64,000 bases of DNA from NCBI RefSeq assembly GCF_009914755.1, contig NC_060927.1. The stretch is one strand, 5' to 3'. The translations under genes and the position numbers were made by a program. The notes below the pieces were generated by a model that was not told the DNA's origin, did not search any database, and saw nothing but the letters and a program-made list of their open reading frames with translations. This stretch comes from the human T2T-CHM13v2.0 reference genome, Homo sapiens. The stretch's first letter is position 1; each line of letters starts with the position of its first letter. This document shows, piece after piece, positions 39,701 to 52,400 of this stretch.

Positions 39701-42700
39701 AGAGTTTTGAAATACTCTTTTTGTAGAATTTCCAAGTGGATTTTTACAGCGGTGTGAGGTCTATGGCAGCAAAAGAAATAACTTCACAGAAAAACTGGGC
39801 AGATTCATTCTCCGAAGCTGTTTTGTGATGCTTGCATTCAGCTGACAGAGTTTAAACTTCCTTTGATAGAGCAGTTTTGAAACACTCTTTTTGCGGAATT
39901 TGCAAGTGTATATTTAGAGCGTTTTGAGGCCTACAGTAGGAAAGGAAATATCTTCACCTAAAAACTAGACAGAAGTATTGTCAGGAACTTATTTGTGAAA
40001 TTTGCATTCAACGCACGGAGTTGAACATTCCTCTTGATGGAGCCGTTTTGAAGCACTCTTTTTGTGGAATCTGCAAGTGGATATTTGGACCTCTTTGTGG
40101 CCTTCGTGGGAAACGTGATTTCTTCATTTACAACTAGACAGAAGAATTCTCAGAAACTTCTTTGTGATGTGTACTTTCAACTCACAGAGTTGAAGCTTCC
40201 TTTCATTAGAGCACTTTTGAAACTCAGTTTCTGTAGAATTTCCAGGTGGATATTTAGCGCCGTTTGAGGCCTATGGTGGAAAAGGCAATATCTTCGTAGA
40301 AAAACTAGACAGAATGATTCTCAGAAACAACTTTGTGATGTGTGCGTTCAACTCACGGAGTTTAACCTTTCTTTTGATAGACCAGGTATGAAACACTCTT
40401 TTTGTAGAATCTGCAAGTAAATATTTGGACTTTTTTGAGGCCTTCATTGGAAACGGGATTTCTTCATATAAACCTTGACAGAAGAATTCCCAGAAACTTC
40501 TCTGTGATGTGTGCATTTAACTCTCAGAGTTCAACCTTCCTTTTGATAGAAGAGGGTTGAAATATTCTTTTTGTAGAATTTCCAAGTGAATATTTAGAGC
40601 GGTTTCAGGCCTATGTAGAAGAGAAAATATCTTCACAGAAAAACTAGACATAATTGTTCTCTGAAGCTACTTTGTGATGTGCGCATTCAGCTTACAGAGT
40701 TTAACCTTTCTTTGGATAGAGCGGTTTTAAACACTCTTTTTGTGGAATTTGAAATTCTATATTTAGAGTGCTTTCAGGCCTGTGGTACAAAAGGGAATGT
40801 TCTCACATAAAATCTAGACAGAAGCATTGTCGGAAACTACTTTGTGATACCTGCCTTCAACTCTCAGAGTTGAATATTCCTCTTGATGGAGCAGTTTTGA
40901 AAAACTCTTTTTGTTGAATCTCCAAGTGGATATTTGGACCTCTTTGTGGCCTTCGTTTGAGACGTGACTTCTTCATACAAAACTAGACAGAAGAATTCTC
41001 ATAAACTTCTTCGTGATGTGTGCTTTCAACTCGCAGCGTTGAAGTTTCCTTTCGATAGAGCAGTTTTGTAACTCTCTTTTTGTAGAATTTCCAAGTGGAT
41101 ATTTAGCGCCGTTTGAGGCCTATGGTGGAAAAGGCAATATCCTCATAGAAAAACTAGACAGAATGATTCTCAGAAACTACTTTGTGATGTGTGCCTTCAA
41201 CTCACAGAGTTTAACCTTTCTTTTGATAGAGCAGTTTTGAAAAACTCTTTTTGTAGAATCTGCAAGTGTATATTGGGACTTTTCTGAGGCCATCTTTGGA
41301 AACGGGATTTCTTCATATAAAACTTGAAAGAAGAATCCTCAGAGAATTATTTGTGATATGTGCATTTAACTCATGGAGTTGATACTTCCTTTCGATAGAA
41401 GAGTTTTGAAATACTCTTTTTGTAGAATTTCCAAGTGGATTTTTACAGCGGTGTGAGGTCTATGGCAGCAAAAGAAATATCTTCACAGAAAAACTGGGCA
41501 GATTCATTCTCCGAAGCTGTTTTGTGATGCTTGCATTCAGCTGACAGAGTTTAAACTTCCTTTGATAGAGCAGTTTTGAAACACCATTTTGCGGAATTTG
41601 CAAGTGTATATTTAGAGCGTTTTGAGGCCTACAGTAGGAAAGGAAATATCTTCACCTAAAAACTAGACAGAAGTATTGTCAGAAACTTATTTGTGATATT
41701 TGCATTCAACGCACGGAGTTGAACATTCCTCTTGATGGAGCCGTTTTGAAGCACTCTTTTTGTGGAATCTGCAAGTGGATATTTGGACCTCTTTGTGGCC
41801 TTCGTGTGAAACGTGATTTCTTCATTTACAACTAGACAGAAGAATTCTCAGAAACTTCTTTGTGATGTGTACTTTCAACTCACAGAGTTGAAGCTTCCTT
41901 TCAATAGAGCACTTTTGAAACTCAGTTTCTGTAGAATTTCCAGGTGGATATTTAGCGCCGTTTGAGGCCTATGGTGGAAAAGGCAATATCTTCGTAGAAA
42001 AACTAGACAGAATGATTCTCAGAAACAACTTTGTGATGTGTGCGTTCAACTCACGGAGTTTAAACTTTCTTTTGATAGACCAGTTATGAAACACTCTTTT
42101 TGTAGAATCTGCAAGTAAATATTTGGACTTTTTTGAGGCCTTCTTTGGAAACGGAATTTCTTCATATAAACCTTGACAGAAGAATTCCCAGAAACTTCTC
42201 TGTGATGTGTGCATTTAACTCTCAGAGTTCAACCTTCCTTTTGATAGAAGAGGGTTGAAATATTCTTTTTGTAGAATTTCCAAGTGAATATTTAGAGCGG
42301 TTTCAGGCCTATGTAGAAGAGAAAATATCTTCACAGAAAAACTAGACATAATTGTTCTCTGAAGCTACTTTGTGATGTGCGCATTCAGCTTACAGAGTTT
42401 AACCTTTCTTTGGATAGAGCGGTTTTAAACACTCTTTTTGTGGAATTTGCAATTCTATATTTAGAGTGCTTTCAGGCCTGTGGTACAAAAGGGAATGTCC
42501 TCACATAAAATCTAGACAGAAGCATTGTCGGAAACTACTTTGTGATACCTGCCTTCAACTCTCAGAGTTGAATATTCCTCTTGTTGGAGCAGTTTTGAAA
42601 AACTCTTTTTGTTGAATCTCCAAGTGGATATTTGGACCTCTTTGTGGCCTTCGTTTGAGACGTGACTTCTTCATACAAAAGTAGACAGAAGAATTCTCAT

Positions 42701-44450
42701 CAACTTCTTCGTGATGTGTGCTTTCAACTCGCAGCGTTGAAGCTTCCTTTCGATAGAGCAGTTTTGTAACTCTCTTTTTGTAGAATTTCCAAGTGGATAT
42801 TTAGCGCCGTTTGAGGCCTGTGGTGGAAAAGGCAATCTCCTCATAGAAAAACTAGACAGAATGATTCTCAGAAACTACTTTGTGATGTGTGCCTTCAACT
42901 CACAGAGTTTAACCTTTCTTTTGATAGAGCAGTTTTGAAAAACTCTTTTTGTAGAATCTGCAAGTGTATATTGGGACTTTTCTGAGGCCATCTTTGGAAA
43001 CGGGATTTCTTCATATAAAACTTGAAAGAAGAATCCTCAGAGAATTATTTGTGATATGTGCATTTAACTCATGGAGTTGAAACTTCCTTTCGATAGAAGA
43101 GTTTGAAATACTCTTTTTGTAGAATTTCCAAGTGGATTTTTACAGCGGTGTGAGGTCTATGGCAGCAAAAGAAATATCTTCACAGAAAAACTGGGCAGAT
43201 TCATTCTCCGAAGCTGTTTTGTGATGCTTGCATTCAGCTGAAAGAGTTTAAACTTCCTTTGATAGAGCAGTTTTGAAACACTCTTTTTGTGGAATTTGCA
43301 AGTGTATATTTAGAGCGTTTTGAGGCCTACAGTAGGAAAGGAAATATCTTCACCTAAAAACTAGACAGAAGTATTGTCAGAAACTTATTTGTGATATTTG
43401 CATTCAACGCACGGAGTTGAACATTCCTCTTGATGGAGCCGTTTTGAAGCACTCTTTTTGTGGAATCTGCAAGTGGATATTTGGACCTCTCTGTGGCCTT
43501 CGTGGGAAACGTGATTTCTTCATTTACAACTAGACAGAAGAATTCTCAGAAACTTCTTTGTGATGTGTACTTTCAACTCACAGAGTTGAAGCTTCCTTTC
43601 ATTAGAGCACTTTTGAAACTCAGTTTCTGTAGAATTTCCAGGTGGATATTTAGCGCCGTTTGAGGCCTATGGTGGAAAAGGCAATATCTTCGTAGAAAAA
43701 CTAGACAGAATGATTCTCAGAAACAACTTTGTGATGTGTGCGTTCAACTCACGGAGTTTAACCTTTATTTTGATAGACCAGGTATGAAACACTCTTTTTG
43801 TAGAATCTGCAAGTAAATATTTGGACTTTTTTGAGGCCTTCATTGGAAACGGGATTTCTTCATATAAACCTTGACAGAAGAATTCCCAGAAACTTCTCTG
43901 TGATGTGTGCATTTAACTCTCAGAGTTCAACCTTCCTTTTGATAGAAGAGGGTTGAAATATTCTTTTTGTAGAATTTCCAAGTGAATATTTAGAGCGGTT
44001 TCAGGCCTATGTAGAAGAGAAAATATCTTCACAGAAAAACTAGACATAATTGTTCTCTGAAGCTACTTTGTGATGTACGCATTCAGCTTACAGAGTTTAA
44101 CCTTTCTTTGGATAGAGCGGTTTTAAACACTCTTTTTGTGGAATTTGCAATTCAATATTTAGAGTGCTTTCAGGCCTGTGGTACAAAAGGGAATGTTCTC
44201 ACATAAAATCTAGACAGAAGCATTGTCGGAAACTACTTTGTCATACCTGCCTTCAACTCTGAGAGTTGAATATTCCTCTTGATGGAGCAGTTTTGAAAAA
44301 CTCTTTTTGTTGAATCTCCAAGTGGATATTTGGACCTCTTTGTGGCCTTCGTTTGAGACGTGACTGCTTCATACAAAACGAGACAGAAGAATTCTCATAA
44401 ACTTCTTCGTGATGTGTGCTTTCAACTCGCAGCGTTGAAGCTTCCTTTCG
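12290..44450 (+). repeat. HOR haplotype layer 2 (heterogeneous, with layer-1-like islands at ~16.9-17.8 kb and ~28.5-29.7 kb)
   Basis: m4 gggatTtc, m5 cctaTgtag and ggatAgagc, m6 gaatAttcc, m7 catAaac, m8 gccTatgg; frequent gcggtGtgagg and aactGggcag in m10; m2 mostly cgtGGgaaac, which keeps the 67-aa ORF open. Confidence 0.8.
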
Positions 44451-47400
44451 ATGGAGCAGTTTTGTAACTCTCTTTTTGTAGAATTTCCAAGTGGATATTT
44501 AGCGCCGTTTGAGGCCAATGGTGGAAAAGGCAATATCTTCATAGAAAAACTAGACAGAATGATTCTCAGAAACTACTTTGTGATGTGTGCCTTCAACTCA
44601 CAGAGTTTAACCTTTCTTTTGATAGAGCAGTTTTGAAAAACTCTTTTTGTAGAATCTGCAAGTGTATATTGGGACTTTTCTGAGGCCATCTTTGGAAACG
44701 GGATTTCTTCATATAAAACTTGAAAGAAGAATCCTCAGAAAATTATTTGTGATATGTGCATTTAACTCATGGAGTTGAAACTTCCTTTCGATAGAAGAGT
44801 TTTGAAATACTCTTTTTGTAGAATTTCCAAGTGGATTTTTACAGCGGTTTGAGGTCTATGGCAGAAAAAGAAATATCTTCACAGAAAAACTAGGCAGATT
44901 CATTCTCCGAAGCTGTTTGGTGATGCTTGCATTCAGCTTACGGAGTTTAAACTTCCTTTGAGAGAGCAGTTTGGAAACACTCTTTTTGTGGAATTTGCAA
45001 GTGTATATTTAGAGCGTTTTGAGGCCTAAAGTGGGAAAGGAAATATCTTCACCTAAAAACTAGACAGAAGTATTGTCAGAAACTTATTTGTGATATTTGC
45101 ATTCAACGCACAGAGTTGAACATTCCTCTTGATGGAGCCGTTTTGAAGCATTCTTTTTGTGATATCTGCAAGTGGATATTTGGACCTCTTTGTGGCCTTC
45201 GTGTGAAACGTGATTTCTTCATTTACAAATAGACAGAAGAATTCTCAGAAACTTCTTTGTGATGTGTACTTTCAACTCACAGGTTTGAAGCTTCCTTTCA
45301 ATAGAGCACTTTTGAAACTCAGTTTTTGTAGAATTTCCAGGTGGATATTTAGCGCCGTTTGAGGCCTATGGTGGAAAAGGCAATATCTTCGTAGAAAAAC
45401 TAGACAGAATGATTCTCAGAAACAACTTTGTGATGTGTGCGTACAACTCACTGAGTTTAACCTTTCTTTTGATAGATCAGTTATGAAACACTCTTTTTGT
45501 AGAATCTGCAAGTAAATATTTGGACTTTTTTGAGGCCTTCATTGGAAACGGGATTTCTTCATATAAACCTTGACAGAAGAATTCCCAGAAACTTCTCTGT
45601 GGTGTGTGTATTTAACTCTCAGGGTTCAACCTTCCTTTTGACAGAAGAGTGTTGAAATATTCTTTTTGTAGAATTTCCAAGTGAATATTTAGAGCGGTTT
45701 CAGGCCTATGTAGAAGAGAAAATATCTTCACAGAAAAACTAGACATAATTGTTCTCTGAAGCCACTTTGTGATGTGCGCATTCAGCTTACAGAGTTTAAC
45801 CTTTCTTTGGATAGAGCGGTTTTAAACACTCTTTTTGTGGAATTTGCAATTCTATATGTAGAGTGCTTTCAGGCCTGTGGTACAAAAGGGAATGTCCTCA
45901 CATAAAATCTAGACAGAGGCATTGTCGGAAACTACATTGTGATACCTGCCTTCAACTCTCAGAGTTGAATATTCCTCTTGATGGAGCAGTTTTGAAAAAC
46001 TCTTTTTGTTGAATCTCCAAGTGGATATTTGGACCTCTTTGTGGCCTTCGTTTGAGACGTGACTGCTTCATACCAAAGTAGACAGAAGAATTCTCATAAA
46101 CTTCTTCGTGATGTGTGCTTTCAACTCGCAGCGTTGAAGCTTCCTTTCGACAGAGCAGTTTTGTAACTCTCTTTTTGTAGAATTTCCAAGTGGATATTTA
46201 GCGCACTTTGGTGCCTATGGTGGAAAAGGAAATATCTACATAGAAAAACTAGAGAGAATGATTCTCAGAAACTACTTTGTGATGTGTGCCTTCAACTCAC
46301 AGAGTTTAACCTTTCTTTTGATAGAGCAGTTTTGAAAAACTCTTTTTGTAGAATCTGCAAGTGTATATTGGGACTTTTCTGAGGCCATCTTTGGAAACGG
46401 GATTTCTTCATATAAAACTTGAAAGAAGAATCCTCAGAAAATTATTTGTGATATGTGCATTTAACTCATGGAGTTGAAACTTCCTTTTGATAGAAGAGTT
46501 TTGAAATACTCTTTTTGTAGGATTTCCAAGTGGATTTTTACAGCGGTTTGAGGTCTATGGCAGAAAAAGAAATATCTTCACATAAAAACTAGGCAGATTC
46601 ATTCTCCGAAGCTGTTTTGTGATGCTTGCATTCAGCTTACGGAGTTTAAACTTCCTTTGATAGAGCAGTATGGAAACACTCTTTTTGTGGAATTTGCAAG
46701 TGTATATTTAGAGCGTTTTGAGGCCTACAGAGGGAAAGGAAATATCTTCACCTAAAAACTAGACAGAATTATTGAAAGAAACTTATTTGTGATATTTGCA
46801 TTCAACGCACAGAGTTGAACATTCCTCTTGATGGAGCCGTTTTGAAGCACTCTTTTTGTGGAATCTGCAAGCGGATATTTGGACCTCTTTGTGGCCTTCG
46901 TGTGAAACGTGATTTCTTCATTTACAACTAGACAGAAGAATTCTCAGAAACTTCTTTGTGATGTGTACTTTCAACTCACAGAGTTGAAGCTTCCTTTCAA
47001 TAGAGCACTTTTGAAACTCAGTTTTTGTAGAATTTCCAGGTGGATATTTAGCGCCGTTTGAGGCCTATGGTGGAAAAGGCAATATCTTCGTAGAAAAACT
47101 AGACAGAATGATTCTCAGAAACAACTTTGTGATGTGTGCGTTCAACTCACTGAGTTTAACCTTTCTTTTGATAGACCAGTTATGAAACACTCTTTTTGTA
47201 GAATCTGCAAGTAAATATTTGGACTTTTTTGAGGCCTTCATTGGAAACGGGATTTCTTCATATAAACCTTGACAGAAGAATTCCCAGAAACTTCTCTGTG
47301 GTGTGTGCATTTAACTCTCAGAGGTCAACCTTCTTTTTGATAGAAGAGTGTTGTAATATTCTTTTTGTAGACTTTCCAAGTGAATATTTAGAGCGGTTTC

Positions 47401-49450
47401 AGGCCTATGTAGAAGAGAAAATATCTTCACAGAAAAACTAGACATAATTGTTCTCTGAAGCTATTTTGTGATGTGAGCATTCAGCTTACAGAGTTTAACC
47501 TTTCTTTGGATAGAGCGGTTTTAAACACTCTTTTTGTGGAATTTGCAATTCTATATTTAGAGTGCTTTCAGGCCTGTGGTACAAAAGGGAATGTCCTCAC
47601 ATAAAATCTAGACAGAAGCATTGTCGGAAACTACTTTGTGATACCTGCCTTCAGCTCTCAGAATTGAATATTCCTCTTGATGGAGCAGTTTTGAAAAACT
47701 CTTTTTGTTGAATCTCCAAGTGGATATTTGGACCTCTTTGTGGCCTTCGTTTGAGACGTGACTGCTTCATACAAAAGTAGACAGAAGAAGTCTCATAAAC
47801 TTCTTCGTTTTGTGTGCTTTCAACTCGCAGCGTTGAAGCTTCCTTTCGATAGAGCAGTTTTGTAACTCTCTTTTTGTAGAATTTCCAGGTGGATATTTAG
47901 CGCCGTTTGAGGCCTATGGTGGAAAAGGCAATATCTTCATAGAAAAACTAGACAGAATGATTCTCAGAAACTACTTTGTGATGTGTGCCTTCAACTCACA
48001 GAGTTTAACCTTTCTTTTGATAGAGCAGTTTTGAAAAACTCTTTTTGTAGAATCTGCAAGTGTATATTGGGACTTTTCTGAGGCCATCTTTGGAAACGGG
48101 ATTTCTTCATATAAAACTTGAAAGAAGAATCCTCAGAAAATTATTTGTGATATGTGCATTTAACTCATGGAGTTGAAACTTCCTTTCAATAGAAGCGTTT
48201 TGAAATACTCTTTTTGTAGAATTTCCAAGTGGATTTTTACAGCGGTTTGAGGTCTATGGCAGAAAAATAAATATCTTCACAGAAAAACTAGGCAGATTCA
48301 TTCTCCGAAGCTGTTTGGTGATGCTTGCATTCAGCTTACGGAGTTTAAATTTCCTTTGAGAGAGCAGTTTGGAAACACTCTTTTTGTGGAATTTGCAAGT
48401 GTATATTTAGAGCGTTTTGAGACCTACAGTGGGAAAGGAAATATCTTCACATAAAAACTAGGCAGAAGTATTGAAAGAAACTTATTTGTGATATTTGCAT
48501 TCAACGCACAGAGTTGAACATTCCTCTTGATGGAGCCGTTTTGAAGCACTCTTTTTGTGGAATCTGCAAGTGGATATTTGGACCTCTTTGTGGCCTTCGT
48601 GTGAAACGTGATTTCTTCATTTACAACTAGACAGAAGAATTCTCAGAAACTTCTTTGTGATGTGTACTTTCAACTCACAGAGTTGAAGCTTCCTTTCAAT
48701 AGAGCACTTTTGAAACTCAGTTTTTGTAGAATTTCCAGGTGGATATTTAGCGCCGTTTGAGGCCTATGGTGGAAAAGGCAATGTCTTCGTAGAAAAACTA
48801 GACAGAATGATTCTCAGAAACAACTTTGTGATGTGTGCGTTCAACTCACTGAGTTTAACCTTTCTTTTGATAGACCAGTTATGAAACACTCTTTTTGTAG
48901 AATCTGCAAGTAAATATTTGGACTTTTTTGAGGCCTTCATTGGAAACGGGATTTCTTCATATAAACCTTGACAGAAGAATTCCCAGAAACTTCTCTGTGG
49001 TGTGTGCATTTAACTCTCAGAGTTCAACCTTCTTTTTGATAGAAGAGTGTTGTAATATTCTTTTTGTAGACTTTCCAAGTGAATATTTAGAGCGGTTTCA
49101 GGCCTATGTAGAAGAGAAAATATCTTCACAGAAAAACTAGACATAATTGTTCTCTGAAGCTACTTTGTGATGTGAGCATTCAGCTTACAGACTTTAACCT
49201 TTCTTTGGATAGAGCGGTTTTAAACACTCTTTTTGTGGAATTTGCAATTCTATATTTAGAGTGCTTTCAGGCCTGTGGTACAAAAGGGAATGTCCTCACA
49301 TAAAATCTAGACAGAAGCATTGTCGGAAACTATTTTGTGATACCTGCCTTCAACTCTCAGAGTTGAATATTCCTCTTGATGGAGCAGTTTTGAAAAACTC
49401 TTTTTGTTGAATCTCCAAGTGGATATTTGGACCTCTTTGTGGCCTTCGTT
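44450..49450 (+). repeat. HOR haplotype layer 3 (about 3 transitional units)
   Basis: ggcagAaaaa, cagctTacGgag, GGgaaagg in m1, cagtttTtgtag, cacTgag, ctgtgGtgtgt and agagTgttg recur at about 44.9-45.7, 46.6-47.4 and 48.3-49.1 kb. Confidence 0.75.
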
Positions 49451-52400
49451 TGAGACGTGACTGCTTCATACAAAACTGGACAGAAGAATTCTCATAAACT
49501 TCTTCGTGATGTGTGCTTTCAACTGGCAGCGTTGAAGCTTCCTTTCGATAGAGCAGTTTTGTAACTCTCTTTTTGTAGAATTTCCCGGTGGATATTTAGC
49601 GCCTTTTGAGGCCTATGGTGGAAAAGGCAATATCTTCATAGAAAAACTAGACCGAATCATTCTCAGAAACTACTTTGTGATGTGTGCCTTCAACTCACAG
49701 AGTTTAACCTTTCTTTTGATAGAGCAGTTTTGAAAAACTCTTTTTGTAGAATCTGCAAGTGTATATTGGGACTTTTCTGAGGCTATCTTTGGAAACGGGA
49801 TTTCTTCATATAAAACTTGAAAGAAGAATCCTCAGAAAATTATTTGTGATATGTGCATTTAACTCATGGAGTTGAAACTTCCTTTCGATAGAAGAGTTTT
49901 GAAATACTCTTTTTGTAGAATTTCCAAGTGGATTTTTACAGCGGTTTGAGGTCTATGGCAGAAAAAGGAATATCTTCACAGAAAAACTAGGCAGATTCAT
50001 TCTCCGAAGCTGTTTTGTGATGCTTGCATTCAGCTTACGGAGTTTAAACTTCCTTTGAGAGAGCAGTTTGGAAACACTCTTTTTGTGGAATTTGCAAGTG
50101 TATCTTTAGAGCGTTTTGAGGCCTACAGTGGGAAAGGAAATATCTTCACATAAAAACTAGACAGAAGTATTGTCAGAAACTTATTTGTGATATTTGCATT
50201 CAACGCACAGAGTTGAACATTCCTCTTGATGGAGCCGTTTTGAAACACTCTTTTTGTAGAATCTGCAACTGGATATTTGGACCTCTTTGTGGCCTTCGTG
50301 TGAAACGTGATTTGTTCATTTACAACTAGACAGAAGAATTCTCAGAAACTTCTTTGTGATGTGTACTTTCAACTCACAGACTTGAAGCTTCCTTTCAATA
50401 GAGCACTTCTGAAACTCAGTTTCTGTAGAATTTCCAGGTGGATATTTAGCGCCGTTCGAGGCCTATGGTGGAAAAGGCAATATCTTCGTAGAAAAACTAG
50501 ACAGAATGATTCTCAGAAACAACTTTGTGATGTGTGCGTTCAACTCACTGAGTTTAACCTTTCTTTTGATAGACCAGTTATGAAACACTCTTTTTGTAGA
50601 ATCTGCATGTAAATATTGGACTTTTTTGAGGCCTTCCTTGGAAACGGGATTTCTTCATATAAACCTTGACAGAAGAATTCTCAGAAACTTCTTTGTGATG
50701 TGTGCATTTAACTCTCAGAGTTCAACCTTCCTTTTGATAGAAGAGTGTTGAAATATTCTTTTTGTAGTATTTCCAAGTGAATATTTAGAGCGGTTTCAGG
50801 CCTATGTAGAAGAGGAAATATTTTCACAGAAAAACTAGACATAATTGCTCTCTGAAGCTACTTTGTGATGTGCGCATTCAGCTTACAGAGTTTAACCTTT
50901 CTTTGGATGGAGCGGTTTTAAACACTCTTTTTGAGGAATTTGCAATTCTATATTTAGAGTGCTTTCAGGCCTGTGGTACAAAAGGGAATGTCCTCACATA
51001 AAATCTAGACAGAAGCATTGTCGGAAACTATTTTGTGATACCTGCCTTCAACTCTCAGAGTTGAATATTCCTCTTGATGGAGCAGTTTTGAAAAACTCTT
51101 TTTGTTGAATCTCTAAGTGGATATTTGGACCTCTTTGTGGCCTTCGTTTGAAACGCGACTGCTTCATACAAAACTGGACAGAAGAATTCTCATAAAGTTC
51201 TTCGTGATGTGTGCTTTCAACTGGCAGCGTTGAAGCTTCCTTTCGATAGAGCAGTTTTCTAACTCTCTTTTTGTAAAATTTCCCGGTGGATATTTAGCGC
51301 CTTTTGAGGCCCATGGTGGAAAAGGCAATATCTTCATAGAAAAACTAGACCGAATCATTCTCAGAAACTACTTTGTGATGTGTGCCTTCAACTCACAGAG
51401 TTTAACCTTTCTTTTGATAGAGCAGTTTTGAAAAACTCTTTTTGTAGAATCTGCAAGTGTATATTCGGACTTTTCTGAGGCTATCTTTGGAAACGGGATT
51501 TCTTCATATAAATCTTGAAAGAAGAATCCTCAGAAAATTATTTGTGATATGTGCATTTAACTCATGGAGTTGAAACTTCCTTTCGATAGAAGAGTTTTGA
51601 AATACTCTTTTTGTGGAATTTCCAAGTGGATTTTTACAGCGGTTTGAGGTCTACGGCAGAAAAAGGAATATCTTCACAGAAAAACTAGGCAGATTCATTC
51701 TCCGAAGCTGTTTTGTGATGCTTGCATTAAGCTGACAGAGTTTAAACTTCCTTTGATAGAGCAGTTTGGAAACACTCTTTTTGTGGAATTTGCAAGTGTA
51801 TATTTAGAGCGTTTTGAGGCCTACAGTAGCAAAGGAAATATCTTCACATAAAAACTAGACAGAAGTATTGTCAGAAACTTATTTGTGATATTTGCATTCA
51901 ACGCACAGAGTTGAACATTCCTCTTGATGGAGCCGTTTTGAAACACACTTTTTGTAGAATCTGCAAGTGGATATTTGGACCTCTTTGTGGCCTTCGTGTG
52001 AAACGTGATTTCTTCATTTACAACTAGACAGAAGAATTCTCAGAAACTTCTTTGTGATGTGTACTTTCAACTCACAGAGTTGAAGCTTCCTTTCAATAGA
52101 GCACTTTTGAAACTCAGTTTCTGTAGAATTTCCAGGTGGATATTTAGCGCCGTTTGAGGCCTATGGTAGAAAACGCAATATCTTCATAGAAAAACTAGAC
52201 AGAATGATTCTCAGAAACAACTTTGTGATGTGTGCGTTCAACTCACTGAGTTTAACCTTTCTTTTGATAGACCAGTTATGAAACACTCTTTTTGTAGAAT
52301 CTGCAAGTAAATATTGGACTTTTTTGAGGCCTTCCTTGGAAACGGGATTTCTTCATATAAACCTTGACAGAAGAATTCTCAGAAACTGCTTTGTGATGTG

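Noticed and set aside
140-43663. Recurrent 67-aa plus-strand ORF (MESASGYLDL...)
   Set aside because: It has a GTG start in eukaryotic satellite DNA, and its presence toggles with one SNP (gtggga vs gtgtga stop) in the m2 box.
347-49009. Recurrent 81-aa minus-strand ORF (MHTSQRSFWEFF...)
   Set aside because: It is a translation of alphoid monomers that recurs only because the HOR repeats. It has no recognisable domain, is lost by a stop at ~37.08 kb and is frameshifted throughout layer 4.
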